Virus genome (UHGV): UHGV-1704081
Source: a virus
Strand: one strand, 5' to 3'
DNA length: 14,593 bases
In this document: positions 1 to 9,390 of the stretch, piece after piece
How positions within the stretch are numbered: position 1 is the stretch's first letter
How the letters are laid out: each line of letters begins with the position of its first letter
Program-made: the position numbers and the translations under genes
Notes under the pieces: generated by a model
The model's database searches: none
Told to the model about the DNA's origin: nothing
The model's input: only the letters and a program-made list of their open reading frames with translations

Positions 1-95
1 AATGGCGCGACAAGGTTGATCACGAGCTAACAGTCAAAGACGGCGGCGCAATCCAGATTGAAACATCACCGATGAGCACTCTATTCGGAAAATGA
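1..95 (+). CDS. 3' end of upstream gene, probably terminase small subunit (P22 gp3-like); partial, truncated by window start
   Basis: Frame 3 is open from the window edge (…WRDKVDHELTVKDGGAIQIETSPMSTLFGK) to TGA at 93-95, which overlaps the ATG at 92-94 of the next gene (ATGA). Position directly upstream of the large terminase matches P22-like gene order. Identity is inferred from position only. Confidence 0.5.
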   Translation, partial: WRDKVDHELTVKDGGAIQIETSPMSTLFGK

Positions 96-1507
96 CCTCG
101 ATTAATCCTATCTTTGAACCGTTCATTGAGGCGCATCGCTACAAAGTCGCCAAAGGCGGTCGAGGTAGCGGTAAATCATGGGCAATTGCGAGGCTGCTTG
201 TTGAAGCGGCGCGCCGACAGCCTGTGCGTATTCTCTGCGCTCGTGAACTGCAAAACAGTATCAGCGATTCGGTAATCCGGTTGCTTGAAGACACCATCGA
301 GCGGGAAGGGTATTCGGCTGAGTTTGAAATTCAGCGTTCAATGATTCGTCATCTCGGAACTAATGCTGAATTCATGTTCTACGGCATCAAAAACAACCCG
401 ACGAAGATTAAATCGCTCGAAGGCATTGATATCTGCTGGGTGGAAGAAGCGGAAGCGGTAACGAAGGAATCATGGGATATCCTGATTCCAACCATCCGTA
501 AGCCGTTCTCTGAAATATGGGTGAGCTTTAACCCGAAGAACATCCTCGACGATACCTATCAGCGATTCGTCGTAAATCCTCCTGATGATATTTGTCTGCT
601 GACGGTGAACTACACCGACAACCCGCACTTTCCTGAAGTTCTCCGTCTGGAGATGGAAGAGTGTAAACGCAGAAATCCGACACTGTATCGTCACATCTGG
701 CTTGGTGAGCCAGTAAGCGCAAGTGATATGGCAATCATCAAACGTGAATGGCTTGAAGCCGCAACCGATGCGCACAAGAAACTCGGATGGAAAGCGAAAG
801 GCGCTGTTGTTTCTGCACATGACCCATCAGATACAGGGCCGGATGCCAAAGGTTATGCATCGCGCCACGGTTCGGTAGTTAAGCGCATTGCCGAAGGTCT
901 GCTGATGGACATCAACGAGGGTGCTGACTGGGCAACTTCGCTGGCGATTGAAGACGGTGCTGACCATTACCTGTGGGATGGTGATGGTGTTGGTGCCGGG
1001 CTACGCAGACAGACAACGGAAGCGTTCTCCGGCAAGAAAATCACCGCCACGATGTTCAAGGGCAGCGAATCGCCATTCGATGAAGATGCTCCGTATCAGG
1101 CCGGAGCATGGGCTGATGAAGTCGTACAGGGTGACAACGTTCGCACTATTGGTGATGTGTTCCGCAATAAGCGAGCACAATTCTATTACGCGCTGGCTGA
1201 CAGGCTGTATCTGACATATCGGGCGGTTGTTCACGGTGAGTATGCAGACCCAGACGACATGCTGAGTTTCGACAAAGAAGCGATAGGCGAGAAGATGCTG
1301 GAGAAGCTGTTTGCAGAACTGACGCAGATTCAGCGCAAATTCAATAACAACGGGAAGCTGGAGCTTATGACTAAGGTCGAAATGAAGCAGAAGCTCGGTA
1401 TTCCATCTCCTAACCTGGCTGATGCGCTGATGATGTGTATGCATTGCCCGGAGTCGGCTGCGCAACCCGACTATTCCAGTTACTCAATTCCTTGTGGTGT
1501 AGGTTGA
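92..1507 (+). CDS. terL: Terminase large subunit (P22 gp2-like ATPase/nuclease)
   Basis: 471-aa ORF. N-terminal P-loop-like Walker A (VAKGGRGSGKS) and Walker B-like stretch (DICWVEEAE). Size fits P22/Sf6-type large terminases. Sits immediately before the portal gene; stop TGA 1505-1507 is followed by the portal ATG at 1509. Confidence 0.9.
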   Translation: MTSINPIFEPFIEAHRYKVAKGGRGSGKSWAIARLLVEAARRQPVRILCARELQNSISDSVIRLLEDTIEREGYSAEFEIQRSMIRHLGTNAEFMFYGIKNNPTKIKSLEGIDICWVEEAEAVTKESWDILIPTIRKPFSEIWVSFNPKNILDDTYQRFVVNPPDDICLLTVNYTDNPHFPEVLRLEMEECKRRNPTLYRHIWLGEPVSASDMAIIKREWLEAATDAHKKLGWKAKGAVVSAHDPSDTGPDAKGYASRHGSVVKRIAEGLLMDINEGADWATSLAIEDGADHYLWDGDGVGAGLRRQTTEAFSGKKITATMFKGSESPFDEDAPYQAGAWADEVVQGDNVRTIGDVFRNKRAQFYYALADRLYLTYRAVVHGEYADPDDMLSFDKEAIGEKMLEKLFAELTQIQRKFNNNGKLELMTKVEMKQKLGIPSPNLADALMMCMHCPESAAQPDYSSYSIPCGVG

Positions 1508-1508
1508 T

Positions 1509-3707
1509 ATGGCAGAAAAAAAGATGACTGACTGGCATCGCAAGGTGCTGTGCAACTTTGATAATGCCTGGTCAGCAACGCAGGATATGCGTGAGCAGAT
1601 TATTGAGGCTCAACGTTTCGTACGTGTGTCCGGCGCACAGTGGGAAGGCAGCACAAACGCTGGTTACTCATTTGATGAAGGCAGGTTTGAGCATTACCCG
1701 CGCTTTGAACTGAATAAGATTGCCCGTGAATGTGATCGCATCATTGGCGAGTATCGACAGAATCGCATCAGCGTTAAGTTCAGGCCTAAGGATGACAAGG
1801 CATCGGAAGCGTTAGCCGAAAAAATGAACGGCAAATTCCGCGCTGACTATCAGGAAACATCCGGTGGCGAAGCGTGTGATAACGCATTTGATGATGCTGT
1901 AACGGGCGGATTCGGTTGTTTCCGCATGTGTGCCGATTACGAAGATGAAATGGATCCGAGTAACGAGCAGCGACGCATCAGTCTTCTTCCTGTTTACGAC
2001 CCAGCGACATGCGTCTTCTTCGATCAGGACAGCAAGCAATATGACCGCTCTGATGCTATGTGGGCTATGGAAATGTTCTCCATGACGCCTAAAGCGTTCG
2101 AGACTGAATACCCTGATTCCATCGCGGCAAGCCTTTCTCGTGATGACACTGGCACTCAATATGACTGGTCAACGCCCGATGCCATCTATGTTGGACGCTA
2201 CTACGAAGTTCGCATAGAGAAGGTGAAGCTCACGGCGTGGCGCAACCCTGTTAGCGGAGAAACGGCAATCTATGATGAAGAGCAAATCAAAGATATTGTC
2301 GACGAGCTGACCGATGGTGCATTCGAACTGATTGGCGAGCGAACGGTGAAGAAGCGCCGCGTTTATTGCGGTCTTCTGTCTGGCGCTGAATGGCTGGAAG
2401 AACCGAAGCGTATTCCGGGTGAACATATTCCTCTCATCCCGGTATATGGGCGTCGCTCATTTGTTGATAATCAGGAGCGAATTGAAGGCCACGCAGCAAA
2501 AGCGATGGATGCACAGCGTCTTGAGAACCTGATGGTTTCCATGATTGCAGATAACGCTACTCAGGCTGGCGGTGATGGCATTCCTGTAGTTGATGTTGAC
2601 ATGATTCCTGGTCCTCTCGCCGCTCATTGGGCGGAGCGCAACAAAAAGCGCCCGGCGTTCCTGCCGATGGTCAGTCTGAAAAACAAAAACGGAGATATTA
2701 CTGCGCAGGCTCAGGTCAGCAGTTATACGCCTCCGACACAAATGCCTCCAGCTCTTGCCGGGCTATTGCAGTACACCGGAACGGCTATTCAGCAAATTAC
2801 AGGTGCGTCGCAGCTTGAGAACATGCCGAGCAACGTCGCCACCGATACCGTTGATAGCATCTTTAACCGGATGGACACGCAGTCCTATATCTACATGGAC
2901 AACATGGCTAAATCCATGCGCCGCGCTGGCGTTGTGTGGCTTTCTATGGCGCGTGAAGTCTATGGCAGCGATACGCCGATGCGTATCGTTAATGAGGACG
3001 GCAGCGATGACGTGGCGCTGATGACTGGTGAAGTGGTTGACCGTCAGACAGGGCAGGTTATCGCGCTTAACGACCTTTCGCAGGGTAACTATGAAGTGAC
3101 TGTCGATGTCGGTCAGTCGTTCGCTACTCGCCGTGATGCAACGGTTAAGTCGTTACTTTCCATGCTGGCACTTATCCCGCCAGGAACGCCGAAGCATGAC
3201 CTTGTATCGTCGATGATTCTCGACAATATGGACGGCGAAGGGATGGACGACCTGAAAGAATACAACCGCAATCAGTTGCTTCTGTCTGGCGTTATCAAGC
3301 CGAGAACGCCTGAAGAACAGCAGATGGTTGAACAGGCGAAAAAACAACAGGCCAGTCAGCCAGATCCGGCTATGGTTGCAGCGCAAGGTCAGCTTCTTGC
3401 TGGTCAGGCTGAATTGCAGAAAGCGCAGAACGAACAGGCAGCCATTCAGGTTAAAGCATTCCAGGCACAGACTGATGCTCAGGTTGCAGCGGCAAATGTT
3501 GTGAAAATACTCGCATCTGCCGATAGTCAGCAGAAATCTGATATCCGCGAGGCTCTGAAACTGCTCGGACAGTTCCAGCAACAGCAAGGAGACAATGCCC
3601 GTGCTGATGCAGAGCTTGTCCTGAAAAGTCAGGCACAGGGCCATGCACAACGAATGGACATCAGCAGCATCCTGCAAAAATCAACTCAGCAACAACCACA
3701 GCAGTAA
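1509..3707 (+). CDS. Portal protein (P22 gp1-like)
   Basis: 732-aa ORF, size close to P22 portal as I recall it. Segments recognisable from P22 gp1 by memory (e.g. RRVYCG…GEHIPLIPVYG, C-terminal …QRMDISSILQKS…). Long A/Q-rich helical C-terminal region consistent with the portal barrel. Position after terminase. Confidence 0.9.
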   Translation: MAEKKMTDWHRKVLCNFDNAWSATQDMREQIIEAQRFVRVSGAQWEGSTNAGYSFDEGRFEHYPRFELNKIARECDRIIGEYRQNRISVKFRPKDDKASEALAEKMNGKFRADYQETSGGEACDNAFDDAVTGGFGCFRMCADYEDEMDPSNEQRRISLLPVYDPATCVFFDQDSKQYDRSDAMWAMEMFSMTPKAFETEYPDSIAASLSRDDTGTQYDWSTPDAIYVGRYYEVRIEKVKLTAWRNPVSGETAIYDEEQIKDIVDELTDGAFELIGERTVKKRRVYCGLLSGAEWLEEPKRIPGEHIPLIPVYGRRSFVDNQERIEGHAAKAMDAQRLENLMVSMIADNATQAGGDGIPVVDVDMIPGPLAAHWAERNKKRPAFLPMVSLKNKNGDITAQAQVSSYTPPTQMPPALAGLLQYTGTAIQQITGASQLENMPSNVATDTVDSIFNRMDTQSYIYMDNMAKSMRRAGVVWLSMAREVYGSDTPMRIVNEDGSDDVALMTGEVVDRQTGQVIALNDLSQGNYEVTVDVGQSFATRRDATVKSLLSMLALIPPGTPKHDLVSSMILDNMDGEGMDDLKEYNRNQLLLSGVIKPRTPEEQQMVEQAKKQQASQPDPAMVAAQGQLLAGQAELQKAQNEQAAIQVKAFQAQTDAQVAAANVVKILASADSQQKSDIREALKLLGQFQQQQGDNARADAELVLKSQAQGHAQRMDISSILQKSTQQQPQQ

Positions 3708-3797
3708 TTAACCCATAACGTGCAATGGCTGTCTTTATGAGGCCAGGCACCCTATTGCCTTCCGATGGGCTGAACATCGAGTAAACAGGGGTAACAA

Positions 3798-4691
3798 ATG
3801 GACCAGATGGCAGAAAACACACCAGAAGTTGAAATCGAAACCGACGCGTCAGAGCAGATTCCTGATGATGTCGAACTGGCTGAAGAAGTCGAAACAGAAG
3901 ATGGCAGTGAGTCCTCCGGCAATGATGCAGAGGAAGCTACTGAAACTGATGACGACGAATCAGAACAGGAATTCTACTTTGGTGACGAAAAGCTGGATTC
4001 GCCAACCAGCGAAGATAGCGCAGAGCATGGACTGGTAAAACACCTGCGCAAGACGATTAAAGAGAAAGACCGCGAGCTGAAAGAGCTGATGCGTCAGTCT
4101 CAGAAACCCGTCGAGCAGCAGCCGGTAATCACTCAACCACCGCGAATGCCAAAACTGGATGATGAGGACATCGGTTTCGATGAAGAAATCTATCAGCAAC
4201 GCATGGCTAAGTGGGCAGAGGATAACGGAAAGTACCAGCAACAGGAGATGGCTCGCAAGCAGAAGGAGCAGGAGCTTCAGGCTGCCTATCAAGAGCGATT
4301 ATCCAAATATCAGCAACGTGTTAAGGCTCTCAAAGTTCCTGGCTATCAGGAAGCTGAGCAGGCCGTACTCGAGGAAATTCCCATCGAGACACAAAACGCG
4401 ATCCTGTTTGAGTCAGAGAAGCCGGAAATCGTTGTTCTGGCACTCGGTCGCAACGCTGAACTGCGCAAGCAACTGGCAGAAGCTACCAACCCCGTAGCAA
4501 TTGGTCGTCTGCTGGAACGTATCGAATCGAAGGCCAGAATCATGCCAAAAGCAAAAACCACGGCAGCCACAACCCCGACAGTTAAGGGTAGCAACGGCGC
4601 AGTAATCAACAACCTCGACAAACTGAAAGCCAAGGCGCTGGAAACTGGTGACTGGACGCCGTATTTCGCCGCTAAAAAGGCAAAAAAATAA
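3798..4691 (+). CDS. Scaffolding protein (P22 gp8-like)
   Basis: 297-aa ORF between portal and coat. Very acidic low-complexity N-terminus, charged helical middle, basic C-terminal tail (…WTPYFAAKKAKK) resembling the coat-binding end of P22 scaffold. GGGG Shine-Dalgarno 6 nt upstream of the ATG. Confidence 0.8.
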   Translation: MDQMAENTPEVEIETDASEQIPDDVELAEEVETEDGSESSGNDAEEATETDDDESEQEFYFGDEKLDSPTSEDSAEHGLVKHLRKTIKEKDRELKELMRQSQKPVEQQPVITQPPRMPKLDDEDIGFDEEIYQQRMAKWAEDNGKYQQQEMARKQKEQELQAAYQERLSKYQQRVKALKVPGYQEAEQAVLEEIPIETQNAILFESEKPEIVVLALGRNAELRKQLAEATNPVAIGRLLERIESKARIMPKAKTTAATTPTVKGSNGAVINNLDKLKAKALETGDWTPYFAAKKAKK

Positions 4692-4709
4692 CCTATCGGA
4701 GCATTAAGC

Positions 4710-5963
4710 ATGGCTAACCAATTAGCAAAAGACCTTGAAATCATGTTCGAAAACTACGTTGAAGGCTTTGAGGCCGCCTGCGTAGTTTCCCGTAACGCTA
4801 AAAAATTCCGTCCCGGTGATACAGCAATGCAGCGAGCAGGTGATGTTCTGTATCGTCCGCAGCATTACCACATGAACATTGAAGAAGGCCTAGATCTCAG
4901 CGGCAAAACGCCAACAGCACTGGTTCAGCGCCTTGTTCCTTCTGTGTTCAAGGAGCCGAAAAACATTCTGTACACTCTGGATGCGCGTGAAATGCGTGAC
5001 CCTGAGCATAAAACTGAAGCTGGTCGCGCCGCAGGTATGCGCCTTGCTGCACAGATTGACTCTGACCTGATTTCCATGGTCACGCAGCGTGCTACTAACG
5101 TGATCACAATGGCTGACTCAACCACTGGTTCACAGGGCCGTGATTTGTGGAACTGTGCGGCAGGTATTGATGCCACCATGACGGCGATTGGTGTACCACA
5201 GGGTATCAACCGTCGCTCTTTCTGGAACCCCTTCAACTACAAAGACCTTGCTGGCGAGCTTGGTCACCGTGCCTATGCTCAGGGCGCAACCCTGACAGCA
5301 TACGAAAAAGCGCAAATCCCTCCGGTTGCGTCCTTTGATAGCTACAAGACCGATATTTCTGGTCGTGTTCCGAAGGGTACAGCAACTTCCCTGACGCTGG
5401 CGGCTGAACCTGCGCACAAGGTTGAAGCGAAAGATGCCAACGATATGCCAGTGGATAACCGACAGGGGACCATTACGGTATCTGCATCTGGTTTGCAGGT
5501 TGGCGATGCGTTTACCATCGCAGGCGTGAATTCCGTACACCAGATCACCAAAGATACCACCGGGCAGCCGCAGGTATTCCGCGTTCTGGCAGTAAGCGGA
5601 ACGACAGTAACTATCTCCCCGAAAATTCTGCCGCCTGACAACGCGGATGTCGCCAGCCGACCATATGCAAACGTTGATGCTAACGCGGCAAATGGTGCAG
5701 CAATTACCATTCTCAACAAAAATGCCGCACCGGCTAACCTGTTCTGGGCTGATGGTTCTGTTGAGCTGATGTACGGCAAACTGGCGTTCCCGACTGGTCA
5801 GGGTCCACAGGTAATGACAGCAACCACCGAGCAGGGCGCTACGCTGATCATGTCTTACGCCTTCGACCACATCAAAGGCGTAACCACTGCTCGTTTCACC
5901 ACTCTGTACGGTTGCTCTGTACTTGTTCCTGAATATACGGGCATCGTTATTGCCGGGCAGTAA
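4710..5963 (+). CDS. Major capsid (coat) protein (P22 gp5-like family, divergent from P22)
   Basis: 417-aa ORF directly after the scaffold gene. GGAG Shine-Dalgarno 8 nt upstream. Size and position match P22-like coat proteins. Followed by a strong stem-loop terminator. Confidence 0.85.
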   Translation: MANQLAKDLEIMFENYVEGFEAACVVSRNAKKFRPGDTAMQRAGDVLYRPQHYHMNIEEGLDLSGKTPTALVQRLVPSVFKEPKNILYTLDAREMRDPEHKTEAGRAAGMRLAAQIDSDLISMVTQRATNVITMADSTTGSQGRDLWNCAAGIDATMTAIGVPQGINRRSFWNPFNYKDLAGELGHRAYAQGATLTAYEKAQIPPVASFDSYKTDISGRVPKGTATSLTLAAEPAHKVEAKDANDMPVDNRQGTITVSASGLQVGDAFTIAGVNSVHQITKDTTGQPQVFRVLAVSGTTVTISPKILPPDNADVASRPYANVDANAANGAAITILNKNAAPANLFWADGSVELMYGKLAFPTGQGPQVMTATTEQGATLIMSYAFDHIKGVTTARFTTLYGCSVLVPEYTGIVIAGQ

Positions 5964-5970
5964 TTTTGGT

Positions 5971-5993
5971 GGGGCTTCGGCCCCATTTTTATT
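5971..5993 (+). terminator. Rho-independent terminator-like hairpin after the coat gene (probably partial/leaky)
   Basis: GGGGC-TTCG-GCCCC (5971-5984): 5-bp GC stem with a UUCG-type tetraloop, followed by ATTTTTATT. Starts 8 nt after the coat stop codon. Confidence 0.6.
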
Positions 5994-6004
5994 GGGAGAA
6001 GACA

Positions 6005-6193
6005 ATGGCACGAACAATGCTCTATAAGCCGGGCAACATGATCACCTGTGGTCAGGTTGCTGTCGATTACATCATTGTTGATGACGAAGAAGTTAAATCT
6101 CACCTGAAAAAAGGCTGGGTAAAAGCTCCTGAAGAAACCGCAACGAAGCAAAAAGTGGCTAAGGCGGAAGAAGATGGCGAAAACGAAGGGTGA
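6005..6193 (+). CDS. Small hypothetical protein (62 aa) between coat and gp4
   Basis: ATG at 6005 preceded by GGGAG (5994-5998) with 6-nt spacer. The ORF track's longer version starts at TTG 5966, inside the terminator, which is less plausible. 3' end overlaps the gp4 start by 20 nt. Charged C-terminal half (KQKVAKAEEDGENEG). No function assignable. Confidence 0.4.
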   Translation: MARTMLYKPGNMITCGQVAVDYIIVDDEEVKSHLKKGWVKAPEETATKQKVAKAEEDGENEG

Positions 6194-6635
6194 TCTCGTT
6201 CTAAAGGCTTTACGAAAAGCCGGGCTGTATTCCAATGCCACGTTGACAGATGCTGACCCTCAGGCAATTGAAGATGCCATTAATGACCTCGAAGACATGA
6301 TGGCAGCATGGCAGGCTAAAGGTATCGAGCTTGGATATCAGTTTGCGGATACAGAAAACGGCATCATGCCGTTACCTGACGATGATTCAGGTATCCCTGC
6401 ATGGGCAAATGATGGCGTCGCTTTGAAGCTCGCTGTGCAAGTGTGCATGGATAACGTCATTCAGCCGTCGGATGCTCTCCTGACCGCTGCTGACAGTGCA
6501 TATCAGACAATCTGTATCGCTTTAACCAAAATACCACCACTTGAGCGACGAAATGACATGCCTCGCGGTAGTGGTAACAAAAGCGCGTTTACGTGGAATC
6601 GGTTTTACATCGAGAAAGATGATCCGAGTACGTGA
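6174..6635 (+). CDS. Head-to-tail adaptor / portal-closure protein (P22 gp4-like)
   Basis: 153-aa ORF. N-terminus (MAKTKGDLVLKALRKAG…ATLTDADPQAIEDAINDLEDMMAAWQ) resembles P22 gp4 as I recall it. Position before the gp10-like gene. Confidence 0.85.
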   Translation: MAKTKGDLVLKALRKAGLYSNATLTDADPQAIEDAINDLEDMMAAWQAKGIELGYQFADTENGIMPLPDDDSGIPAWANDGVALKLAVQVCMDNVIQPSDALLTAADSAYQTICIALTKIPPLERRNDMPRGSGNKSAFTWNRFYIEKDDPST

Positions 6636-6644
6636 GGTGAATAA

Positions 6645-8063
6645 ATGCCGATTCAGCAACTTCCGCTTATGAAAGGCGTCGGCAAAGACTTTCGAAACGC
6701 CGACTATATCGACTATCTGCCAGTGAATATGTTGGCTACACCAAAAGAAATCCTTAACAGCAGCGGATATCTTCGCTCATTCCCGGGCATTGCCAAACGT
6801 TCTGATGTGAACGGCGTATCGCGCGGCGTCGAGTACAACATGGCGCAGAATGCTGTTTATCGTGTGTGTGGTGGCAAGCTGTACAAAGGAGAAAGTGAAG
6901 TCGGTGATGTTGCCGGAAGTGGTCGCGTATCAATGGCGCATGGTCGAACATCACAGGCGGTAGGCGTTAACGGGCAACTGGTCGAATACCGCTATGATGG
7001 CACGGTTAAAACCGTCTCAAACTGGCCTGCAGACAGCGGGTTTACGCAGTATGAGTTAGGTTCGGTTCGTGATATTACGCGCTTACGTGGGCGTTATGCG
7101 TGGTCAAAAGACGGTACTGATTCATGGTTCATCACTGACCTTGAAGACGAATCACATCCTGACCGATACAGCGCACAATATCGTGCAGAATCGCAGCCTG
7201 ACGGCATCATCGGAATCGGAACATGGCGAGACTTCATCGTCTGCTTTGGTTCATCGACGATTGAATATTTCTCCCTGACTGGCGCAACCACAGTTGGTGC
7301 TGCTTTATATGTCGCACAGCCATCGCTGATGGTGCAAAAAGGCATCGCCGGAACTTACTGCAAAACGCCATTCGCTGATTCTTATGCGTTCATCAGCAAT
7401 CCGGCAACAGGTGCTCCGTCTGTATACATCATCGGCTCCGGTCAGGTATCACCAATCGCCAGCGCGAGCATTGAGAAAATTCTCCGCTCCTACACTGCTA
7501 ATGAACTGGCTGATGGTGTGATGGAGTCTCTGCGATTTGATGCGCATGAGCTGCTGATTATCCATCTTCCGCGCCATGTTCTGGTGTACGACGCATCTTC
7601 AAGCGCCAATGGTCCGCAATGGTGTGTGCTGAAAACAGGCCTGTATGACGATGTGTACCGCGCTATCGACTTCATTTACGAAGGCAATCAGATAACGTGC
7701 GGCGATAAGCTGGAATCGGTTACTGGCAAATTGCAGTTCGATATCAGCAGCCAGTATGGGCTTCAACAGGAACACCTGCTGTTTACTCCACTGTTCAAAG
7801 CGGATAACGCCAGATGCTTCGATCTGGAGGTGGAATCATCCACTGGCGTAGCTCAGTACGCCGACCGCCTGTTCCTCTCTGCAACCACTGACGGCATAAA
7901 TTACGGACGTGAGCAGATGATTGAACAGAATGAACCGTTCGTTTACGACAAACGTGTTTTGTGGAAGCGAGTCGGGCGCATCAGGAAAAATGTCGGCTTC
8001 AAATTGCGCGTTATCACGAAGTCACCTGTCACTCTGTCTGGCGCTCAGATAAGGATTGAGTAA
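6645..8063 (+). CDS. Tail hub protein (P22 gp10-like)
   Basis: 472-aa ORF, the same length as P22 gp10 as I recall. N-terminus [16 protein letters not shown]…[27 protein letters not shown] matches my recollection of gp10. Stop overlaps the next start (TAATG at 8061-8065). Confidence 0.9.
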   Translation: MPIQQLPLMKGVGKDFRNADYIDYLPVNMLATPKEILNSSGYLRSFPGIAKRSDVNGVSRGVEYNMAQNAVYRVCGGKLYKGESEVGDVAGSGRVSMAHGRTSQAVGVNGQLVEYRYDGTVKTVSNWPADSGFTQYELGSVRDITRLRGRYAWSKDGTDSWFITDLEDESHPDRYSAQYRAESQPDGIIGIGTWRDFIVCFGSSTIEYFSLTGATTVGAALYVAQPSLMVQKGIAGTYCKTPFADSYAFISNPATGAPSVYIIGSGQVSPIASASIEKILRSYTANELADGVMESLRFDAHELLIIHLPRHVLVYDASSSANGPQWCVLKTGLYDDVYRAIDFIYEGNQITCGDKLESVTGKLQFDISSQYGLQQEHLLFTPLFKADNARCFDLEVESSTGVAQYADRLFLSATTDGINYGREQMIEQNEPFVYDKRVLWKRVGRIRKNVGFKLRVITKSPVTLSGAQIRIE

Positions 8064-8911
8064 TGGCGGATTCGAATCTCAATGTGCCGGTAATCATTCA
8101 GGCTACACGGCTCGACACATCAGTCCTTCCACGCAATATCTTCTCGCAGTCGTATCTGCTGTACGTTATCGCACAGGGTACTGATGTTGGTAACGTGGCG
8201 AACAAGGCCAACGAGGCCGGACAGGGCGCTTATGACGCACAAGTCAGGAACGATGAGCAGGATGTGATTCTCGCTGACCATGAGCAGCGAATTTCTGCTG
8301 CGGAAGCAACGCTTGTTAATCATGAGGAGCGAATCAGCCAGGCAGAATCAACTCTTCAGGAACATGAAACACGAATAGCTCAGAATGAAAGCGATATTGC
8401 GTCGCTTGATACCAGAGTTCAGTCGCTGGAATCGCAGGTTTCAGACCATGAAACGCGCATCGATGCTCTGGAGTATGCCACTACTCGCAAGAAGTCAGAG
8501 GTTGTTTACTCTGGCGTATCTGTAACCATCCCGACAGCGCCGACCAACCTTGTTAGCCTGCTGAAAACGCTAACGCCGTCATCCGGCACGTTGGCACCAT
8601 TCTTCGACACCGTTAACAACAAGATGGTTGTGTTCAACGAGAACAAAACCCTGTTCTTCAAGCTGTCGATTGTCGGGACGTGGCCCAGCGGAACCGCCAA
8701 CAGGTCAATGCAGCTAACATTTTCCGGCTCTGTTCCTGACACACTGGTCAGCAGTCTTAATGCGGCGACAACGACCGATAACATCCTGTTAGCTACGTTT
8801 TTCAGCGTGGATAAAGACGGCTTTCTTGCCACAAATGGCAGTACGTTAACCATTCAGTCTAATGGTGCGGAGTTTACTGCTACAACCATCAAAATCATTG
8901 CGGAGCAGTGA
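8063..8911 (+). CDS. Tail needle (P22 gp26-like) with coiled-coil repeat region and extended C-terminal domain
   Basis: 282-aa ORF. N-terminal [27 protein letters not shown] is typical of the gp10-binding tip of tail needles. A central 14-residue tandem repeat (HExRI…) predicts a trimeric coiled coil. The ~140-residue C-terminal region is beta-rich (T/S/V-rich), longer than I would expect for a P22-type needle. Confidence 0.85.
   Translation: MADSNLNVPVIIQATRLDTSVLPRNIFSQSYLLYVIAQGTDVGNVANKANEAGQGAYDAQVRNDEQDVILADHEQRISAAEATLVNHEERISQAESTLQEHETRIAQNESDIASLDTRVQSLESQVSDHETRIDALEYATTRKKSEVVYSGVSVTIPTAPTNLVSLLKTLTPSSGTLAPFFDTVNNKMVVFNENKTLFFKLSIVGTWPSGTANRSMQLTFSGSVPDTLVSSLNAATTTDNILLATFFSVDKDGFLATNGSTLTIQSNGAEFTATTIKIIAEQ
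8279..8473 (+). repeat. In-frame tandem 42-nt (14-codon) repeats, about 4.6 copies, encoding the needle coiled coil
   Basis: Units start at 8279, 8321, 8363, 8405 and 8447 (partial): [14 protein letters not shown] / [14 protein letters not shown] / [14 protein letters not shown] / [14 protein letters not shown] / [10 protein letters not shown] degenerate extra unit precedes at 8237. Confidence 0.8.
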
Positions 8912-9390
8912 TGGAAATAAAGCTCATCGATAATCCGGTGAAGCTTGCAGAATTCCTCAACAACCCGGCAAACACGGGAAATATCGTAGATAGTGGAGAC
9001 AAATACTACATCAAGCCTGATGCGGTATACCTCGGCATCTACGAAGGATTAGTGCTGGCTGGCGTTCATGAAGTGCGTAACTTCTGGCATAGCGTTGTTG
9101 AATGCCATGCGGTGTATGACCCCGGATTCCGTGGCGAATATGCACTGCAAGGGCATCGATTATTCTGCAAATGGCTTCTCGAAAACTCACCATTCCTTAA
9201 CAGCATCACTATGGTTCCTGACACAACGAAATACGGACGGGCAATTATCCGTTTGCTTGGCGCTACCCGTGTTGGTCACCTTGATGATGCTTATACCAGC
9301 AATGGAAAGCCTGTGGGCATCACGATTTATCAGTTACCGCGCTCAAAATACGAGGAGCTAACGAATGTTAATTTTCCAGATTGCCAATAA
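8911..9390 (+). CDS. P22 gp14-like protein (needed for ejection-protein function/assembly)
   Basis: ATG at 8911 overlaps the gp26 stop (TGATG) and has GGAG (8902-8905) 5 nt upstream. The ORF track's start at GTG 8908 leaves too short a spacer. ~159 aa, in the position of P22 gene 14. Confidence 0.75.
   Translation: MEIKLIDNPVKLAEFLNNPANTGNIVDSGDKYYIKPDAVYLGIYEGLVLAGVHEVRNFWHSVVECHAVYDPGFRGEYALQGHRLFCKWLLENSPFLNSITMVPDTTKYGRAIIRLLGATRVGHLDDAYTSNGKPVGITIYQLPRSKYEELTNVNFPDCQ

Noticed and set aside
3153-3677. 174-aa minus-strand ORF inside the portal 3' region (and similar minus-strand ORFs at 1001-1465, 1812-2159, 2169-2426, 2457-2741)
   Set aside because: Antisense or overlapping frames inside the large-terminase and portal genes; Cys/Arg-rich low-plausibility translations and no start-site signals.
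3708-3797. Possible regulatory RNA structure in the portal-scaffold intergenic region (weak GGCA…TGCC hairpin at about 3755-3770)
   Set aside because: The stem is only 4-5 bp with no U-tract. P22 scaffold is known to be autoregulated, but I cannot support a specific element from this sequence alone.
5130-6017. 295-aa minus-strand ORF antisense to the coat gene (also 4925-5236 and 5342-5779 on the minus strand)
   Set aside because: Lies entirely within and antisense to a well-supported structural gene, with no convincing ribosome-binding site and a biased C/R/G-rich composition typical of spurious antisense frames.
8908-8910. GTG start at 8908 for the gp14-like gene, as given by the ORF track
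   Set aside because: The ATG at 8911 has a better-spaced GGAG (5 nt) and forms the common TGATG stop/start overlap; GTG 8908 would leave only 2 nt of spacer.
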